Part shown: in pieces, positions 14,484 through 24,341 of the stretch
Position numbering within the stretch: the first letter of the stretch is position 1
Layout: the number at the start of each line of letters is the position of its first letter
IMG/VR virus record: IMGVR_UViG_3300029506_000018
Span: 1-37,963 of that record
Reading direction: 5' to 3' (one strand)
Source of the DNA: a virus
Length of the DNA stretch: 37,963 bases
Translations under genes and position numbers: made by a program
Notes under the pieces: model-generated
What the model saw: the letters and a program-made list of their open reading frames with translations, nothing else
The model's database searches: none
What the model was told of the DNA's origin: nothing

Positions 14484-15022
14484 GGCATTTCCTCCAATTC
14501 AGTGCCGCTTCGTAATTCTTCCCACGTGTACTTGTGCATCTCGCTCCATGTGTACTTGTGCATTGTTTTCCATTTGTTGTACCTTATTCCAATGTCCATC
14601 GTGATATTTAACGGCACAATCTCTTCAAGTAGCTTCTTAAATTCGTCTTCCATAGCTTTTTTCTTAAGGCCTAACAGACAAATCATTTTCATTTCGTCAG
14701 GTACAACGGCAATCGTATAATTTCCTTTGCCTAACAAATCATTCATTTTATTCATTAGACTCTCTTGCGTGTACGGATAGCTGTCATACCATTTCATCAT
14801 CACGCGGAATCTCCTCAGTTCAAGACTATCCGTATCTTGCGGATTTATGCCAAGGATCTTTTCTCGTCGTTTTATCCCTGTTTCTGATGATCCTGCAATA
14901 CTTGTATTACTATCGCAGTCCGCAATGTTATCCTCAAATTTTTGTCCCACAACTTCTTCAGCATCAAATATTGCATTCATTTCATCAATTTCAAAGATAC
15001 ATTCCGGATACTCTAAGTGCAT
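14480..15022 (-). CDS. XkdU/YmfQ-like baseplate-tail protein (DUF2313-like)
   Basis: Position after baseplate J. The motif LELRRFRVMMKWYDSYPYT matches this family as recalled. Confidence 0.65.
   Translation of the reverse strand: MHLEYPECIFEIDEMNAIFDAEEVVGQKFEDNIADCDSNTSIAGSSETGIKRREKILGINPQDTDSLELRRFRVMMKWYDSYPYTQESLMNKMNDLLGKGNYTIAVVPDEMKMICLLGLKKKAMEDEFKKLLEEIVPLNITMDIGIRYNKWKTMHKYTWSEMHKYTWEELRSGTELEEMP
14522..14563. repeat. Tandem 24-bp-period duplication (18-mers 17/18 identical) encoding MHKYTWSE / MHKYTWEE
   Basis: ccacgtgtacttgtgcat at 14522-14539 and ccatgtgtacttgtgcat at 14546-14563. Confidence 0.85.
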
Positions 15023-16077
15023 GTTATCACTCCTTTGATCGGTACAACGTCTTTTTGCAACGTTATATTTCCACTCTGATCTGCGTTTTCTAATACAACA
15101 TTAGATACATCTACTATTCCTTCGATGTTGTAGATCGCGTTTTCGACTGCTGCACGTCTTACAATAATACTATCTGTCGTCGTCCATTTCTTTCTTAATT
15201 CGAGTAAATAGGCTTCAACCGCATTATTTATCTGCGTAGTAAGTCCATCAGTCGTATATCCTTCATCGCATGTAACCGCAGCACTGACGTTTATCGTCTG
15301 TGATTCTACCGCTTTGATCGTTATCACATGCCCGATCGGTGCGATTCCATTTCCGTCGCCTGCGGAACTAATTGGATCAACCTTTTCCTGCACACTTGAA
15401 ACAAGCTCCTGTGATGGCACTCCATACTCATCTGTTATAATCACAATATCTATCGTGCTGCCAATCCTTCGATAAGCTTTTACACCGCCAACGCCATCAA
15501 TTGCTCCGATTTCCTGTTCGTAATACTTCCTATTACCTGCGTATGGTTTTATCTCAAAAGAATCTAGCAATCGCATTCTATACGATTCTTCATCCTCTTC
15601 GTCTGTTCCTTCGACCAGTAATTTAGTTAGTACTGCGTCTTCCAATCCATCCACATCATCCAGGCACATAAGATCTCCAGTCCATCCATTTGGCTCTGAT
15701 CCAGCATCTTCGCATTCTAATCTGTACTTATGTTCTTCATCATTGATCAGCTCCGTTACAATGTAATTGTAATCGTCACCAGAAAACTCTGTTCCAATTG
15801 GTACAGCGGTATTAAACTGTCCTTCAAACTCTGCTGGCGTCGCCTCGTTTATGTAGATTCCTCGCTCCTGGCCAAACTTGACTAAATGATCCAGATCTGC
15901 TGTGTCAGGATATTGATTGTCTGCAACTGCTCCAAGGTCTATGTATGCCTGTTCCAAACGTGCAGCTTGCTTTGCGCACGCGTTATAGATCAGAGATCCT
16001 TCGGATGTATCCATTCCGTTTGGCATGTCTTCCATCATCTCATCCATAATTTTTTCAAACGTCATTTCCTCATACAT
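15013..16077 (-). CDS. Baseplate J-like protein (XkdT-like)
   Basis: Size, position and the N-terminal DTSEGSLIYNACAKQAARLEQAY pattern. The start MYEEM at 16077 follows GGAGGAG. Confidence 0.85.
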   Translation of the reverse strand: MYEEMTFEKIMDEMMEDMPNGMDTSEGSLIYNACAKQAARLEQAYIDLGAVADNQYPDTADLDHLVKFGQERGIYINEATPAEFEGQFNTAVPIGTEFSGDDYNYIVTELINDEEHKYRLECEDAGSEPNGWTGDLMCLDDVDGLEDAVLTKLLVEGTDEEDEESYRMRLLDSFEIKPYAGNRKYYEQEIGAIDGVGGVKAYRRIGSTIDIVIITDEYGVPSQELVSSVQEKVDPISSAGDGNGIAPIGHVITIKAVESQTINVSAAVTCDEGYTTDGLTTQINNAVEAYLLELRKKWTTTDSIIVRRAAVENAIYNIEGIVDVSNVVLENADQSGNITLQKDVVPIKGVITCT

Positions 16078-16474
16078 CTGTTTCAATCTCCTCCTCTCCA
16101 TAATCTGTTATGATCGTAAATTTGATATGTAATTTGTCTTTCATTTTACTTACTTCCAAATCTTCAATTTCTGTTATGTGCGGATTGACTTCTAGACATT
16201 CCGTGATCATTCTTTCTACTTCTGCCCTTGTGTATTCGTCTGAATACTGCTGCCCGATCAATTCATTGATCTCGCATCCGTAGTCCCAGGAGTACTGGAA
16301 AAAATTATATCTTTCCGTATGAACTGCAAGATACGCCCACATCGCAAGTGCTTTTGCTCCTTCTGCAATCTTTCCTGTCAATTTACCTGTTTTGAAATCT
16401 ATCTCATATTCTCTCGGATAATATTCTTCTGTTTCTTCTTCAATTTCTTCTGTTTCTTCTTCAAATGGGAACAT
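16070..16474 (-). CDS. XkdS-like baseplate protein (DUF2634-like)
   Basis: YEIDFKTGKLTG... pattern. TAATG stop-start overlap with the upstream gene. Confidence 0.7.
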   Translation of the reverse strand: MFPFEEETEEIEEETEEYYPREYEIDFKTGKLTGKIAEGAKALAMWAYLAVHTERYNFFQYSWDYGCEINELIGQQYSDEYTRAEVERMITECLEVNPHITEIEDLEVSKMKDKLHIKFTIITDYGEEEIETDV

Positions 16475-16710
16475 TAAGCACTCACCACCTTGCACATTAC
16501 AACGTACTGGCTATCGCTTATTTGCAACACCAGGACTACGTCATTCTCTTCCAATTCAATTCCTTCAGCGATCAAATAATCATCCTGATCCAGCTTTTGC
16601 CCTCCACACACTACATATCCATCCACTACTCTTGCTAACTGCGGATACTCTGGATTATCTCTTCTTCCTTGTTTTCTCATGATTTCTAAAAATCTTTCAT
16701 AGTTATTCAT
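16474..16710 (-). CDS. XkdR-like protein (DUF2577-like)
   Basis: 78 aa starting at MNNYERF after GGAAGGAGAG. ATGA overlap with the upstream gene. Confidence 0.65.
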   Translation of the reverse strand: MNNYERFLEIMRKQGRRDNPEYPQLARVVDGYVVCGGQKLDQDDYLIAEGIELEENDVVLVLQISDSQYVVMCKVVSA

Positions 16711-18449
16711 AAGACTCTCCTTCCTTGCATCCAATGCTGCGCGTAATAGGTATTACTTAAATTGCTTACCTTTACACCTTCAGAGCTTGAGCAGTGTATA
16801 AATTTACCTGATCCGATGTAAATTCCTACGTGGCTTGCTCCACTTTTGTATGTTCCCTGGAAGATCACGAGATCGCCTTTTTTCAGTGATCCTTTTGACA
16901 CTTTTTTGCCTTTTTGCGATTGTGCCAGTGCTGTTCTTCCTACGCTCTTTCCTGCTGCCTTTTTAAATACATAGGATGTAAATCCGCTACAATCTGATTT
17001 TCCAGACTGCGGAGACGATGCTCCATAAACGTACTTTACCTTTCCGATGTATGTTTTCGCTTTTTTGATTACCTTATCAGCTTTGGAACTACCAGAATCT
17101 GTTACTTGCTTGAATCCAGTTCCATTTCCTATGATTGCATATCCACTCCTTCTTCCAAATTTGTTGCATTGTGCTCTTGTTTTCATTAATAGATCAAAAT
17201 GATACACACCGTTCACAATCTTAATTGCTCCACCGCGATCGTTAACCTTGTGTACCTTTTTATCTCTACTTGTTTTTGTTCCAAGTACCTGTATCTGCTT
17301 TCCATAGGCTATTGATGTTGGTGCTGCGCATGTGTATTTGCTTGGATCAAGCTTTTTCCCTTTGCAGTCGTAGTATCCTCCTTCCATCTTATTGTTAGCC
17401 GGATAATATGCTGTGTATAATGCTTTTACCTTCTTTCCATTCAGGATACCGGAGCTTTTTGTAGATCCGGAAGAAGATGATCCTGATTCATCATCTCCTT
17501 CTTCCGTTTCCATTACATTTTTAAATGCTAGCTCAAGCGACATTGTGTGCACTCCGTTTTCGAATGTGTGCGTATCGTTCTCGATCCAGAACGTTCCCGT
17601 CAATCCTGAATCCGTATCATTGATTCGAATTCCATATCCAGAAACGCATCGAATGTCTCCGATCGCACTTAACGAAGCTGTCTTTTCCAAACCTGCAAGC
17701 GTGTTTTTTGCTTCTTTCTTTCCATTTCCTTTTTCTACAGATAATGAATCTTGAAACGTACCATAGGTCTTTACCCAGTTTTTATTGGATACTGTACCAA
17801 TTTTTTTGTTTTTTGAATTATAGATCACGACTTTATTTACCATGCTGTCCGTCGTTTCCTCATATGAGCTTTCTGTAATGCCTTCGTTCTGATTTAGTAC
17901 CAGATCTAACATTGCTCCTTTTTTAATTACAGACAGCTTGTCTCCTTCAAAAATCGGCTGATAGCTTGTCCCAGTTTTTTTATAGGCTTTCGTATACGCG
18001 GCCAAAATCATGTTGTAGTATTCTTTGTCAGTAAAGAGGATCTTGCTGATCTTCATTCCTGTTTTTGCAATACTCTTTGTTTTTATTTTTAAATCCTTAC
18101 AAATCAGCTGCGTGATCTGCTCTGGCTTTTTCTTCTTAAATTTGTATGTCCCTTTGCTCCGGATCAGATACAGCATAAAATCCTGTGCTGTGTAGCTCAC
18201 TGTTCCGGCTTCGCCTTTTCTCTCTCGCTTAGTTACTTTCCCATGGAACAATTTTGACGATCCATTATATAAGCATATGAGATCGCCAGTTTTTATCGTT
18301 GGCATTTTAAAACGCGTATCTCCTGCCGGATTCAATGTTGTAAATTCAAAAGTACGTGCTCCAGAATAAGCACTTCCAGACCATGTCATGCTACCGATCG
18401 CATTTGTTATGTCGTTTCCGTTTTGTTCAACCTTTAAATTTAGACTCAT
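16707..18449 (-). CDS. Tail hub (XkdQ-like) fused to a 3D-domain lytic module and an NlpC/P60 endopeptidase
   Basis: The N-terminus is XkdQ/gpD-like. The middle reads YTAYYPANNKMEGGYYDCKGKKL...VNDRGGAI (3D domain). The C-terminus reads DCSGFTSYVF...SHVGIYIG (NlpC/P60 Cys-His). Confidence 0.8.
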   Translation of the reverse strand: MSLNLKVEQNGNDITNAIGSMTWSGSAYSGARTFEFTTLNPAGDTRFKMPTIKTGDLICLYNGSSKLFHGKVTKRERKGEAGTVSYTAQDFMLYLIRSKGTYKFKKKKPEQITQLICKDLKIKTKSIAKTGMKISKILFTDKEYYNMILAAYTKAYKKTGTSYQPIFEGDKLSVIKKGAMLDLVLNQNEGITESSYEETTDSMVNKVVIYNSKNKKIGTVSNKNWVKTYGTFQDSLSVEKGNGKKEAKNTLAGLEKTASLSAIGDIRCVSGYGIRINDTDSGLTGTFWIENDTHTFENGVHTMSLELAFKNVMETEEGDDESGSSSSGSTKSSGILNGKKVKALYTAYYPANNKMEGGYYDCKGKKLDPSKYTCAAPTSIAYGKQIQVLGTKTSRDKKVHKVNDRGGAIKIVNGVYHFDLLMKTRAQCNKFGRRSGYAIIGNGTGFKQVTDSGSSKADKVIKKAKTYIGKVKYVYGASSPQSGKSDCSGFTSYVFKKAAGKSVGRTALAQSQKGKKVSKGSLKKGDLVIFQGTYKSGASHVGIYIGSGKFIHCSSSEGVKVSNLSNTYYAQHWMQGRRVL

Positions 18450-19132
18450 CTTTCGATCACCAACTTTGTTCCCGGATAAATATAACGTCCATTGCTGCTG
18501 CTTTTCCTTTTATGCTTTCTTGCTGCACTCTCAATTACTTTTTTGTTTTTTTTGTAAATACTCTTCCAATTCGATGATTTCCCTGTTGTTTTCTTTGCAA
18601 TTTTCAAAAGATTATCACCTTTTTTTATTGTATACTTTATTATCTTCTTACTGCTTTTTTTCGTGCTTCTTTTCTTACTACTTGCCTTTTGTGTTACTTT
18701 TTTTCCGTTCGATGTCTTCTTTTTTGGTTTCGAGTAAGATACCGTTGAATATTCCTTCAGACTCAATGTAAACGTAACGTCTCCAGTACTATCTTCCTCT
18801 CCATATTCAAACGATTCAATTGATACTGTTTTATCAAATACCCCGGTGATGATAAACACCGGGGTAACTTTGTTGTCTTTCCACTTTTCAATTTTTTGCA
18901 CATAACTGTAAGGATTCGTGCTGTATCCCTGGTATTGTGCAAACGGATACTCGTGCGCCGGGAAAAAGCTACTTACTTCAACTGTTTTCAAGTTTCTTTC
19001 CCCCAGCAAATTCACTTCGCCTTTTCTATGTACATTTTCAGATGTATTTTGATTCGATGCTGTAATTTTGAACGATGATGGCAAGATTGGAAATCTGATC
19101 TTGTCATTCCCGTTATTAAGCCACATTTCCAT
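18446..19132 (-). CDS. LysM-domain tail protein (XkdP-like)
   Basis: C-terminal YTIKKGDNLLKIAKK...YPGTKLVI LysM motif. Confidence 0.75.
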   Translation of the reverse strand: MEMWLNNGNDKIRFPILPSSFKITASNQNTSENVHRKGEVNLLGERNLKTVEVSSFFPAHEYPFAQYQGYSTNPYSYVQKIEKWKDNKVTPVFIITGVFDKTVSIESFEYGEEDSTGDVTFTLSLKEYSTVSYSKPKKKTSNGKKVTQKASSKKRSTKKSSKKIIKYTIKKGDNLLKIAKKTTGKSSNWKSIYKKNKKVIESAARKHKRKSSSNGRYIYPGTKLVIER

Positions 19133-19141
19133 GTTTTTCTC

Positions 19142-21349
19142 CTATTCCGGTTGTGGAATCATTTCCAATCTTTTTACCAGTTTTTCTACAATCTTATCAA
19201 TATCAGCATCCTCCCTAACAACAAGGGTTTCTGCCAGTTTCTCGATTTTGTATATAACACTCTTCTTTCCTTCGTTCTTGGCCATCTGTACGCTTTTATC
19301 ATGAGGGTATACACGTGATCCCTTCGGCAGATCAATAATCTCTCCGCCTCGTTCATGTACCTGTACAATTCCACCCTGCCAGTTTTTTGTACCTTTTGCT
19401 AGCGTTGGAACTTTCGGAAGATTGATTCCAAAACTTTTTCCAGAATATTTTCCAGGTACCCATGAAGGAATTTTTACGCTCACCTTATTCAATCCGCTAA
19501 TGGCGGCATTAATTAGTGCGATCACGGAGTTTAATGGACGTTTTGCAATGCTTGTCAGTGCTTCAAATGCTCCCTTAAATATGTCTTTCACTCCTGACCA
19601 AGCTTTCTTCCAATCTCCAGTAAATACACCGCTTAAAAACTTGATCAATCCGCTAAACATTTTTGTAACTCCGTGGATAATATCGAGCGTTGATTTCAAC
19701 CATCCGGCTGTTCTCGCGATTATGAATGGGAATACTTTACCAAATACTGCTTTAAATGCTCCGCCTACATACTTTGCAACACCTCGAAAAAACGGAAGTG
19801 TTGCTTTTGCACCTTTCCCAATTGTTTTAAAAGCAGATGCAGCCATGCTTCCAATTTCTTTTACTGTTTTTCCAAGTTTTTTGGTATCTACACCGCATGC
19901 ATTCAGTGCTTTTACTGTTGCCGTCTTCATCTTTTTAGCTCCAGCACTGATCTTGTCCCAGTTTTTATATACCAGGACTGCTGCGATTGCGATCGCTCCC
20001 AGTACTAATGCAATTTTTCCGCCTGGTCCAATGAACGCGGATATTGAGCTTGCCTTTTTGAAGGATGTGTATAGACTGTTTGCTTTTCCGATCAGCCCTC
20101 CTACTTTTGTCGTTAAGGTTCCTATTATCACTACTGCTGGTCCAACTGCTGCCGCAATCATTCCTGCTTTTACGATAAACTTCTGTGTGCTTGGAGACAA
20201 TTTTGAGAAGTTCTGCGATAGTTCGCTTAATTTATTAGCTACCTTTGTAACTGGAGGTGCAACAACCTGGAGTACAACATCTCCAAATAGTGTTAGGGAG
20301 TTCTTCGCCACATTCACAGCTTTTCTGATCTTGCTCATAGACGTCTGCATATCTTGCAACGCTTTTTGCGTAGATCCTTGAGCTTTACCCATTTTCGCTG
20401 TTTTTTCCCTGAACGTGTCATACTGCGCACCCGTTAATGCCAGTGCTGCTGTTAATGCTCTCGAATTGCTGAACAGTTTTGCCATCTTGTCGCTTTGACC
20501 GCCTGTCTCTTTCTTCAAGATTTTCAGCACTCCGGCCATTCCCTCAGATTTGATCATAGCCTGACCATTCTGATAGCCATATTTCTGCATTAATTTGCCC
20601 ATTGAATCAGTAGGCTTCAAGAGCCCCGTAAACAGACCTTTCATCTGCGTTGTGACTTCCGCAGTATTACCAGTAACGCCTGTCAACGTTGCCATTGATC
20701 CAAATAGTTCTTTGTATGACACATTTAAGCTGTTTCCTAACGGGAATAAAGGCTGCATACTTGCAGCTAATTCCTTGTATGTTGTAACTCCTAATTTCTG
20801 CGTCTGAAAAGCCATGTCAGATATGCTTTGTGCCGTTTTTGTATTTACACTGTCATATCCCTTCATGGCACTACTGATCAGCGCTACGGATTCCTGGACA
20901 GATGAACCTCCGCCTTTTGCCGCTTTTGCTGCAATGTTAAAAATATCTTGCGTTTTCTTTCCAGAATCTCCAATCGAACTGATCATCTGATAAACACCTT
21001 GGGATATCGTATGCAAGCTGATTCCTGTTTCATTAGACGTTTTTATCGCCATGTTTTTATAGCTTTTTAAATGTCCGTGATCATCTAATAACGTATTTAC
21101 CTGCCCCATGTCTTTCTGAAATGTATCCGCCATCTTTCCAGATGCCGTCATAACTCCCACAATCGGCAGTGTGACATTTTTTACAAGTGACTGACCAACA
21201 GAGCTTATTGATTTACCTGTTCTTTTAATGCTGTTCGCTGTCTTTTGTATTTGTCGACTTTTTGCCTGCATCTCTGCTGTTGCTTTCCCAAGCGGAGCGG
21301 AGAATTTATCTACTAAACGCAGCGTAGCATCTACGAATCTATTTGCCAT
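19142..21349 (-). CDS. Tail tape measure protein
   Basis: 735 aa, A/G/K-rich and helical, with a hydrophobic central segment. It sits after the frameshifted chaperone. Confidence 0.9.
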   Translation of the reverse strand: MANRFVDATLRLVDKFSAPLGKATAEMQAKSRQIQKTANSIKRTGKSISSVGQSLVKNVTLPIVGVMTASGKMADTFQKDMGQVNTLLDDHGHLKSYKNMAIKTSNETGISLHTISQGVYQMISSIGDSGKKTQDIFNIAAKAAKGGGSSVQESVALISSAMKGYDSVNTKTAQSISDMAFQTQKLGVTTYKELAASMQPLFPLGNSLNVSYKELFGSMATLTGVTGNTAEVTTQMKGLFTGLLKPTDSMGKLMQKYGYQNGQAMIKSEGMAGVLKILKKETGGQSDKMAKLFSNSRALTAALALTGAQYDTFREKTAKMGKAQGSTQKALQDMQTSMSKIRKAVNVAKNSLTLFGDVVLQVVAPPVTKVANKLSELSQNFSKLSPSTQKFIVKAGMIAAAVGPAVVIIGTLTTKVGGLIGKANSLYTSFKKASSISAFIGPGGKIALVLGAIAIAAVLVYKNWDKISAGAKKMKTATVKALNACGVDTKKLGKTVKEIGSMAASAFKTIGKGAKATLPFFRGVAKYVGGAFKAVFGKVFPFIIARTAGWLKSTLDIIHGVTKMFSGLIKFLSGVFTGDWKKAWSGVKDIFKGAFEALTSIAKRPLNSVIALINAAISGLNKVSVKIPSWVPGKYSGKSFGINLPKVPTLAKGTKNWQGGIVQVHERGGEIIDLPKGSRVYPHDKSVQMAKNEGKKSVIYKIEKLAETLVVREDADIDKIVEKLVKRLEMIPQPE

Positions 21350-21518
21350 TCAGTTGTTCATTCTCCTTTCTGATATCCTCAATCTCCTGATGCATAAAGG
21401 CAGTCATGATCATACGTTCATAACTTCCCATTCTTACAAATTCTCGTGGTAAAATATTATGAAGACGGAATAACCAGTACATCGCATTGATTTCTCCGTC
21501 TTCTTTAATTAGTTTTTT
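21339..21518 (-). CDS. -1 frameshift extension of the tail chaperone (G/GT-type long product)
   Basis: Slippery A_AAA_AAC at 21518..21512. The -1 frame reads ...KKLIKEDGEINAMYWLFRLHNILPREFVRMGSYERMIMTAFMHQEIEDIRKENEQLNGK*. It has no start codon of its own and ends overlapping the tape-measure ATG. Confidence 0.65.
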   Translation of the reverse strand, partial: KKLIKEDGEINAMYWLFRLHNILPREFVRMGSYERMIMTAFMHQEIEDIRKENEQLNGK

Positions 21519-21913
21519 ATATCTTCCTCTGTTGTTCCATTTTCTTCATCGCCATAAAAATCGCTGATTTGATCTGCAATTTCCGAAATTTCACCATCAA
21601 AAAGCAGTTCTGCAAGATCTTTCGGCGTTGACATTCCAAAATGCTGGAGTAATCTTTCATCTCTTAAATCTGGTACTTTTACGCCATCCATCACCAGGAG
21701 TAAAGATGCATCATGCACTTTATTCATGTCTGTGTTTCCCTTTTTATCAATCGTAAGTGCAAGTCTTTCTTTTACCTTTCTTTCTTTTACTTTTTTCAAC
21801 GTAATTTTTCCGTCTCCTACCAGACGCTCCATGTTTTTGCTGTTATATGTCTTTGTCTGCTCTTCTGTTAGTTTTTCTTTGTCTACCTGTAATAATTTCT
21901 CAATTAAATTCAT
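21509..21913 (-). CDS. Tail assembly chaperone (XkdN-like), short product
   Basis: Position between tube and tape measure. It ends just after a slippery heptamer. Confidence 0.75.
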   Translation of the reverse strand: MNLIEKLLQVDKEKLTEEQTKTYNSKNMERLVGDGKITLKKVKERKVKERLALTIDKKGNTDMNKVHDASLLLVMDGVKVPDLRDERLLQHFGMSTPKDLAELLFDGEISEIADQISDFYGDEENGTTEEDIKN

Positions 21914-21926
21914 TTTTCTTCCTTTC

Positions 21927-22361
21927 TTAGTCTGGAATTGTATCGATCATTTCTGCCTTCTCGAATGTAAATGGGTAGCTTTCTTCTCCAAGCTTTCCTG
22001 CTTCCCAATCAATTACTTTTACTTCATCAAACGTGCATCCTGTTAATTTAACGCGCTCATTTCCATTTACTGTAGGATCATCCAGATTGGATATGATCGT
22101 AAACGATGTGCTTTTTCCTGCATTAATATCTTTTAAGATTCTTGTTTTAAAATATGACGATACATGATTTAACTTAATTGTTCCAGATCCTGATGTTCCA
22201 GTAACCTTCTGTCCCTCATTAAGTGTCCCTGTTTGAGATACGCTTGTCTTATTCAGCTTGATCGTTGCTTCCAAAGCTGTTGTTTGTGCCATGTAATCAT
22301 TGTCGATCCAAACCTCTCCCCAGCTTCCATTAATTACGTCATCTGGATTAAATGTTCTCAC
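21927..22361 (-). CDS. Tail tube protein (XkdM-like)
   Basis: 144 aa directly after the sheath gene, with a GSWGEVWIDN... pattern. Confidence 0.8.
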   Translation of the reverse strand: MRTFNPDDVINGSWGEVWIDNDYMAQTTALEATIKLNKTSVSQTGTLNEGQKVTGTSGSGTIKLNHVSSYFKTRILKDINAGKSTSFTIISNLDDPTVNGNERVKLTGCTFDEVKVIDWEAGKLGEESYPFTFEKAEMIDTIPD

Positions 22362-22373
22362 TCCTCATCCCTC

Positions 22374-23435
22374 CTATATCGTAAATTCAATATCAAAATC
22401 TTCCATTGCATCTAAAATCTTGATCGTTGCTTTTAAAAATACATGCTCGCCTGTATTTGCCTGCTTCATCTGATCATCTGTCATATCTTTTGTATCTACC
22501 TTTTTCTTTTCCAGATACTCTTTATTTGCTGCTACATCAATCTCGATTTTTGCTTCAGACAAGATTGCTCTTGCAACCAATTCATCTAAGTACTCCTGGC
22601 ATGCAGATACTAATAAACATTTATTGTCATAAGTGTTTGGATACTGACCTATCCAATCATTTTTGATCGTTTCAGAAATATCCGTTGCAATGTGATCAAT
22701 CACATCTACTATCTTGATTTTTTTAAAATCTTCCGGATCCGTTTCGGATGTTGTTTTCAAGGAATTAACTCCGCGTGCAACTCTTATGTAGTTCCCATCT
22801 CTAAATACGATAAATTCTCCTGCATCGATTTTTGAATCCATTTCTGATTTAGGAAGTTTAGAGCATTGCTCTACATCATCTAGTTTTGTAAAAGTGCTGC
22901 TCATTGTAAGTGGAGTTCCTGCAAGAATTCCTGCAATACGTGAGCAAAATGTGTGTTGCGTAAACGCTGTCTCTCCTACAGTTACGCTCTCTGTTGTGTA
23001 GTTAATAATCGCCTTGTTGTCTGCTGCTCCTGCATCTGCTAAAACTGCCTTGATCTTCTTCCCCTGATCGCGCATATTTTTGACCCAGGTAATTACCTTT
23101 GTTTTCTGCTCTTCTTGTAACTCTGATCCAAATGTAAGATAGTCAAATTTGACGTTCTCCAGCTCGTCCAGAATTGTATCCAAGTCTTCGTATGCTGCTT
23201 TTGCAAAATAACTAATCACAGATTTTGGTTTTTCTCTTCCTCCAACCATTGCAAGCTGAATCTGCGTTTTCAGATCTGCTGCTACACCTTTATCAATCTC
23301 GTCTCCCGGTCTGTACTCTTTTGGATTCATATTTGAGCTTCCTGCAAGTACCAGGGCGACAATCTCATTATCGCTTCTTGTTTCTAATGTCTTCGCCAAT
23401 TCGCGAAAAGTAATATTAATCGCTGGCATCCCCAT
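22374..23435 (-). CDS. Contractile tail sheath protein (XkdK-like)
   Basis: 353 aa, position and pattern (GEFIVFRDGNYIRVARGVNSL). AAGGAGG lies 9 nt before the ATG. Confidence 0.85.
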   Translation of the reverse strand: MGMPAINITFRELAKTLETRSDNEIVALVLAGSSNMNPKEYRPGDEIDKGVAADLKTQIQLAMVGGREKPKSVISYFAKAAYEDLDTILDELENVKFDYLTFGSELQEEQKTKVITWVKNMRDQGKKIKAVLADAGAADNKAIINYTTESVTVGETAFTQHTFCSRIAGILAGTPLTMSSTFTKLDDVEQCSKLPKSEMDSKIDAGEFIVFRDGNYIRVARGVNSLKTTSETDPEDFKKIKIVDVIDHIATDISETIKNDWIGQYPNTYDNKCLLVSACQEYLDELVARAILSEAKIEIDVAANKEYLEKKKVDTKDMTDDQMKQANTGEHVFLKATIKILDAMEDFDIEFTI

Positions 23436-23874
23436 GCTGTAATACCTCCTTTATATTTACCTGTTTCATCATTTCTGCTTCTTCTGGTTTGTAAATTGAG
23501 TCTAAAAATTCAGAATCAAATGTGATTTGCGGTACATTTCCACGCTCTCCGGTATATCGAATTTCAAAGTCTGATACCGGAACTACCTTTTTCTCTGTCT
23601 GCATCGTTGCCAAGAACATTTGTTTTATTTTTTCAATATCCTCTAAAACTTTGCTTTCATTTCCAGATTCTTTCTTTCCGTACATCACAACAATTTCGAT
23701 CGAATAATTGTGATGATATGTGTTTTTCGTGTTAATCGTTCCCGATTCTGTGACACGCACAAAAAAACAAGGATTCTTCATTCCTTCTACTACTCCAAAT
23801 TCATAGCACGGATAAGTAAATTCTTTTTGTAGCGTTGCGATTACCGCTTTTTTCATGTCTTTTAGCGTGATCAT
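23416..23874 (-). CDS. Tail completion / terminator-like protein
   Basis: Called from position between the gp10-like and sheath genes; no strong motif. Confidence 0.5.
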   Translation of the reverse strand: MITLKDMKKAVIATLQKEFTYPCYEFGVVEGMKNPCFFVRVTESGTINTKNTYHHNYSIEIVVMYGKKESGNESKVLEDIEKIKQMFLATMQTEKKVVPVSDFEIRYTGERGNVPQITFDSEFLDSIYKPEEAEMMKQVNIKEVLQHGDASD

Positions 23875-24341
23875 AGTCCTGCATCATCCTTTACTCTCTG
23901 TAGCACTCTTTTTACACGTTCTTCGTGTTTTCCGCCCCATTTTTTCAGGACAGCTGATACAATTCTCTTTCCTGGCACAAACCCGACACACTTCCCACCA
24001 TTTTTAAGTTTTTTCCCATTTTTCTTAAACGGTACTATAATTTCATGTCCATTCTCGACCAGGTGCCAGTGTGGATTTTTCCTTCCTTCTGCCATAAATT
24101 CTTGCAGATAAATACCGCCTTCATTCTTTACCTGTCCAAGCTTGAATCCTTTTGTCAGATTTCCTGTGTGCTTGTCGGTTGCTGCATTTGCTTCTTTCCG
24201 CACCGCTTTGGCAAATTCTCTACCTTCTTTTTTCAATTCGGCTTCTGCATAGTCAGGAAATTTTTTTGCTACTTTTTCAAGCGTTTCTCTTAATTCATCA
24301 AAACTTTGGCTGTCAAAATCAAAATTTATCTCATCCGACAT
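23871..24341 (-). CDS. HK97 gp10-family head-tail joining protein
   Basis: Start MSDEINFDF after GAGGAA. HLVENGH motif. Confidence 0.65.
   Translation of the reverse strand: MSDEINFDFDSQSFDELRETLEKVAKKFPDYAEAELKKEGREFAKAVRKEANAATDKHTGNLTKGFKLGQVKNEGGIYLQEFMAEGRKNPHWHLVENGHEIIVPFKKNGKKLKNGGKCVGFVPGKRIVSAVLKKWGGKHEERVKRVLQRVKDDAGL

Noticed and set aside
19422-20381. 319-aa plus-strand ORF, with other long plus-strand ORFs at 3662-4096, 10099-10560, 17413-17754, 25984-26304 and 30052-30420, and minus-strand ORFs 6068-6514 and 6076-6417
   Set aside because: All lie antisense to well-supported genes (tape measure, early genes, endolysin, hub, capsid, terL, and the coiled-coil region of 5420-6475). 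They have low-complexity F/L/S/P-rich translations, lack RBSs, and are expected by-products of biased codon composition.
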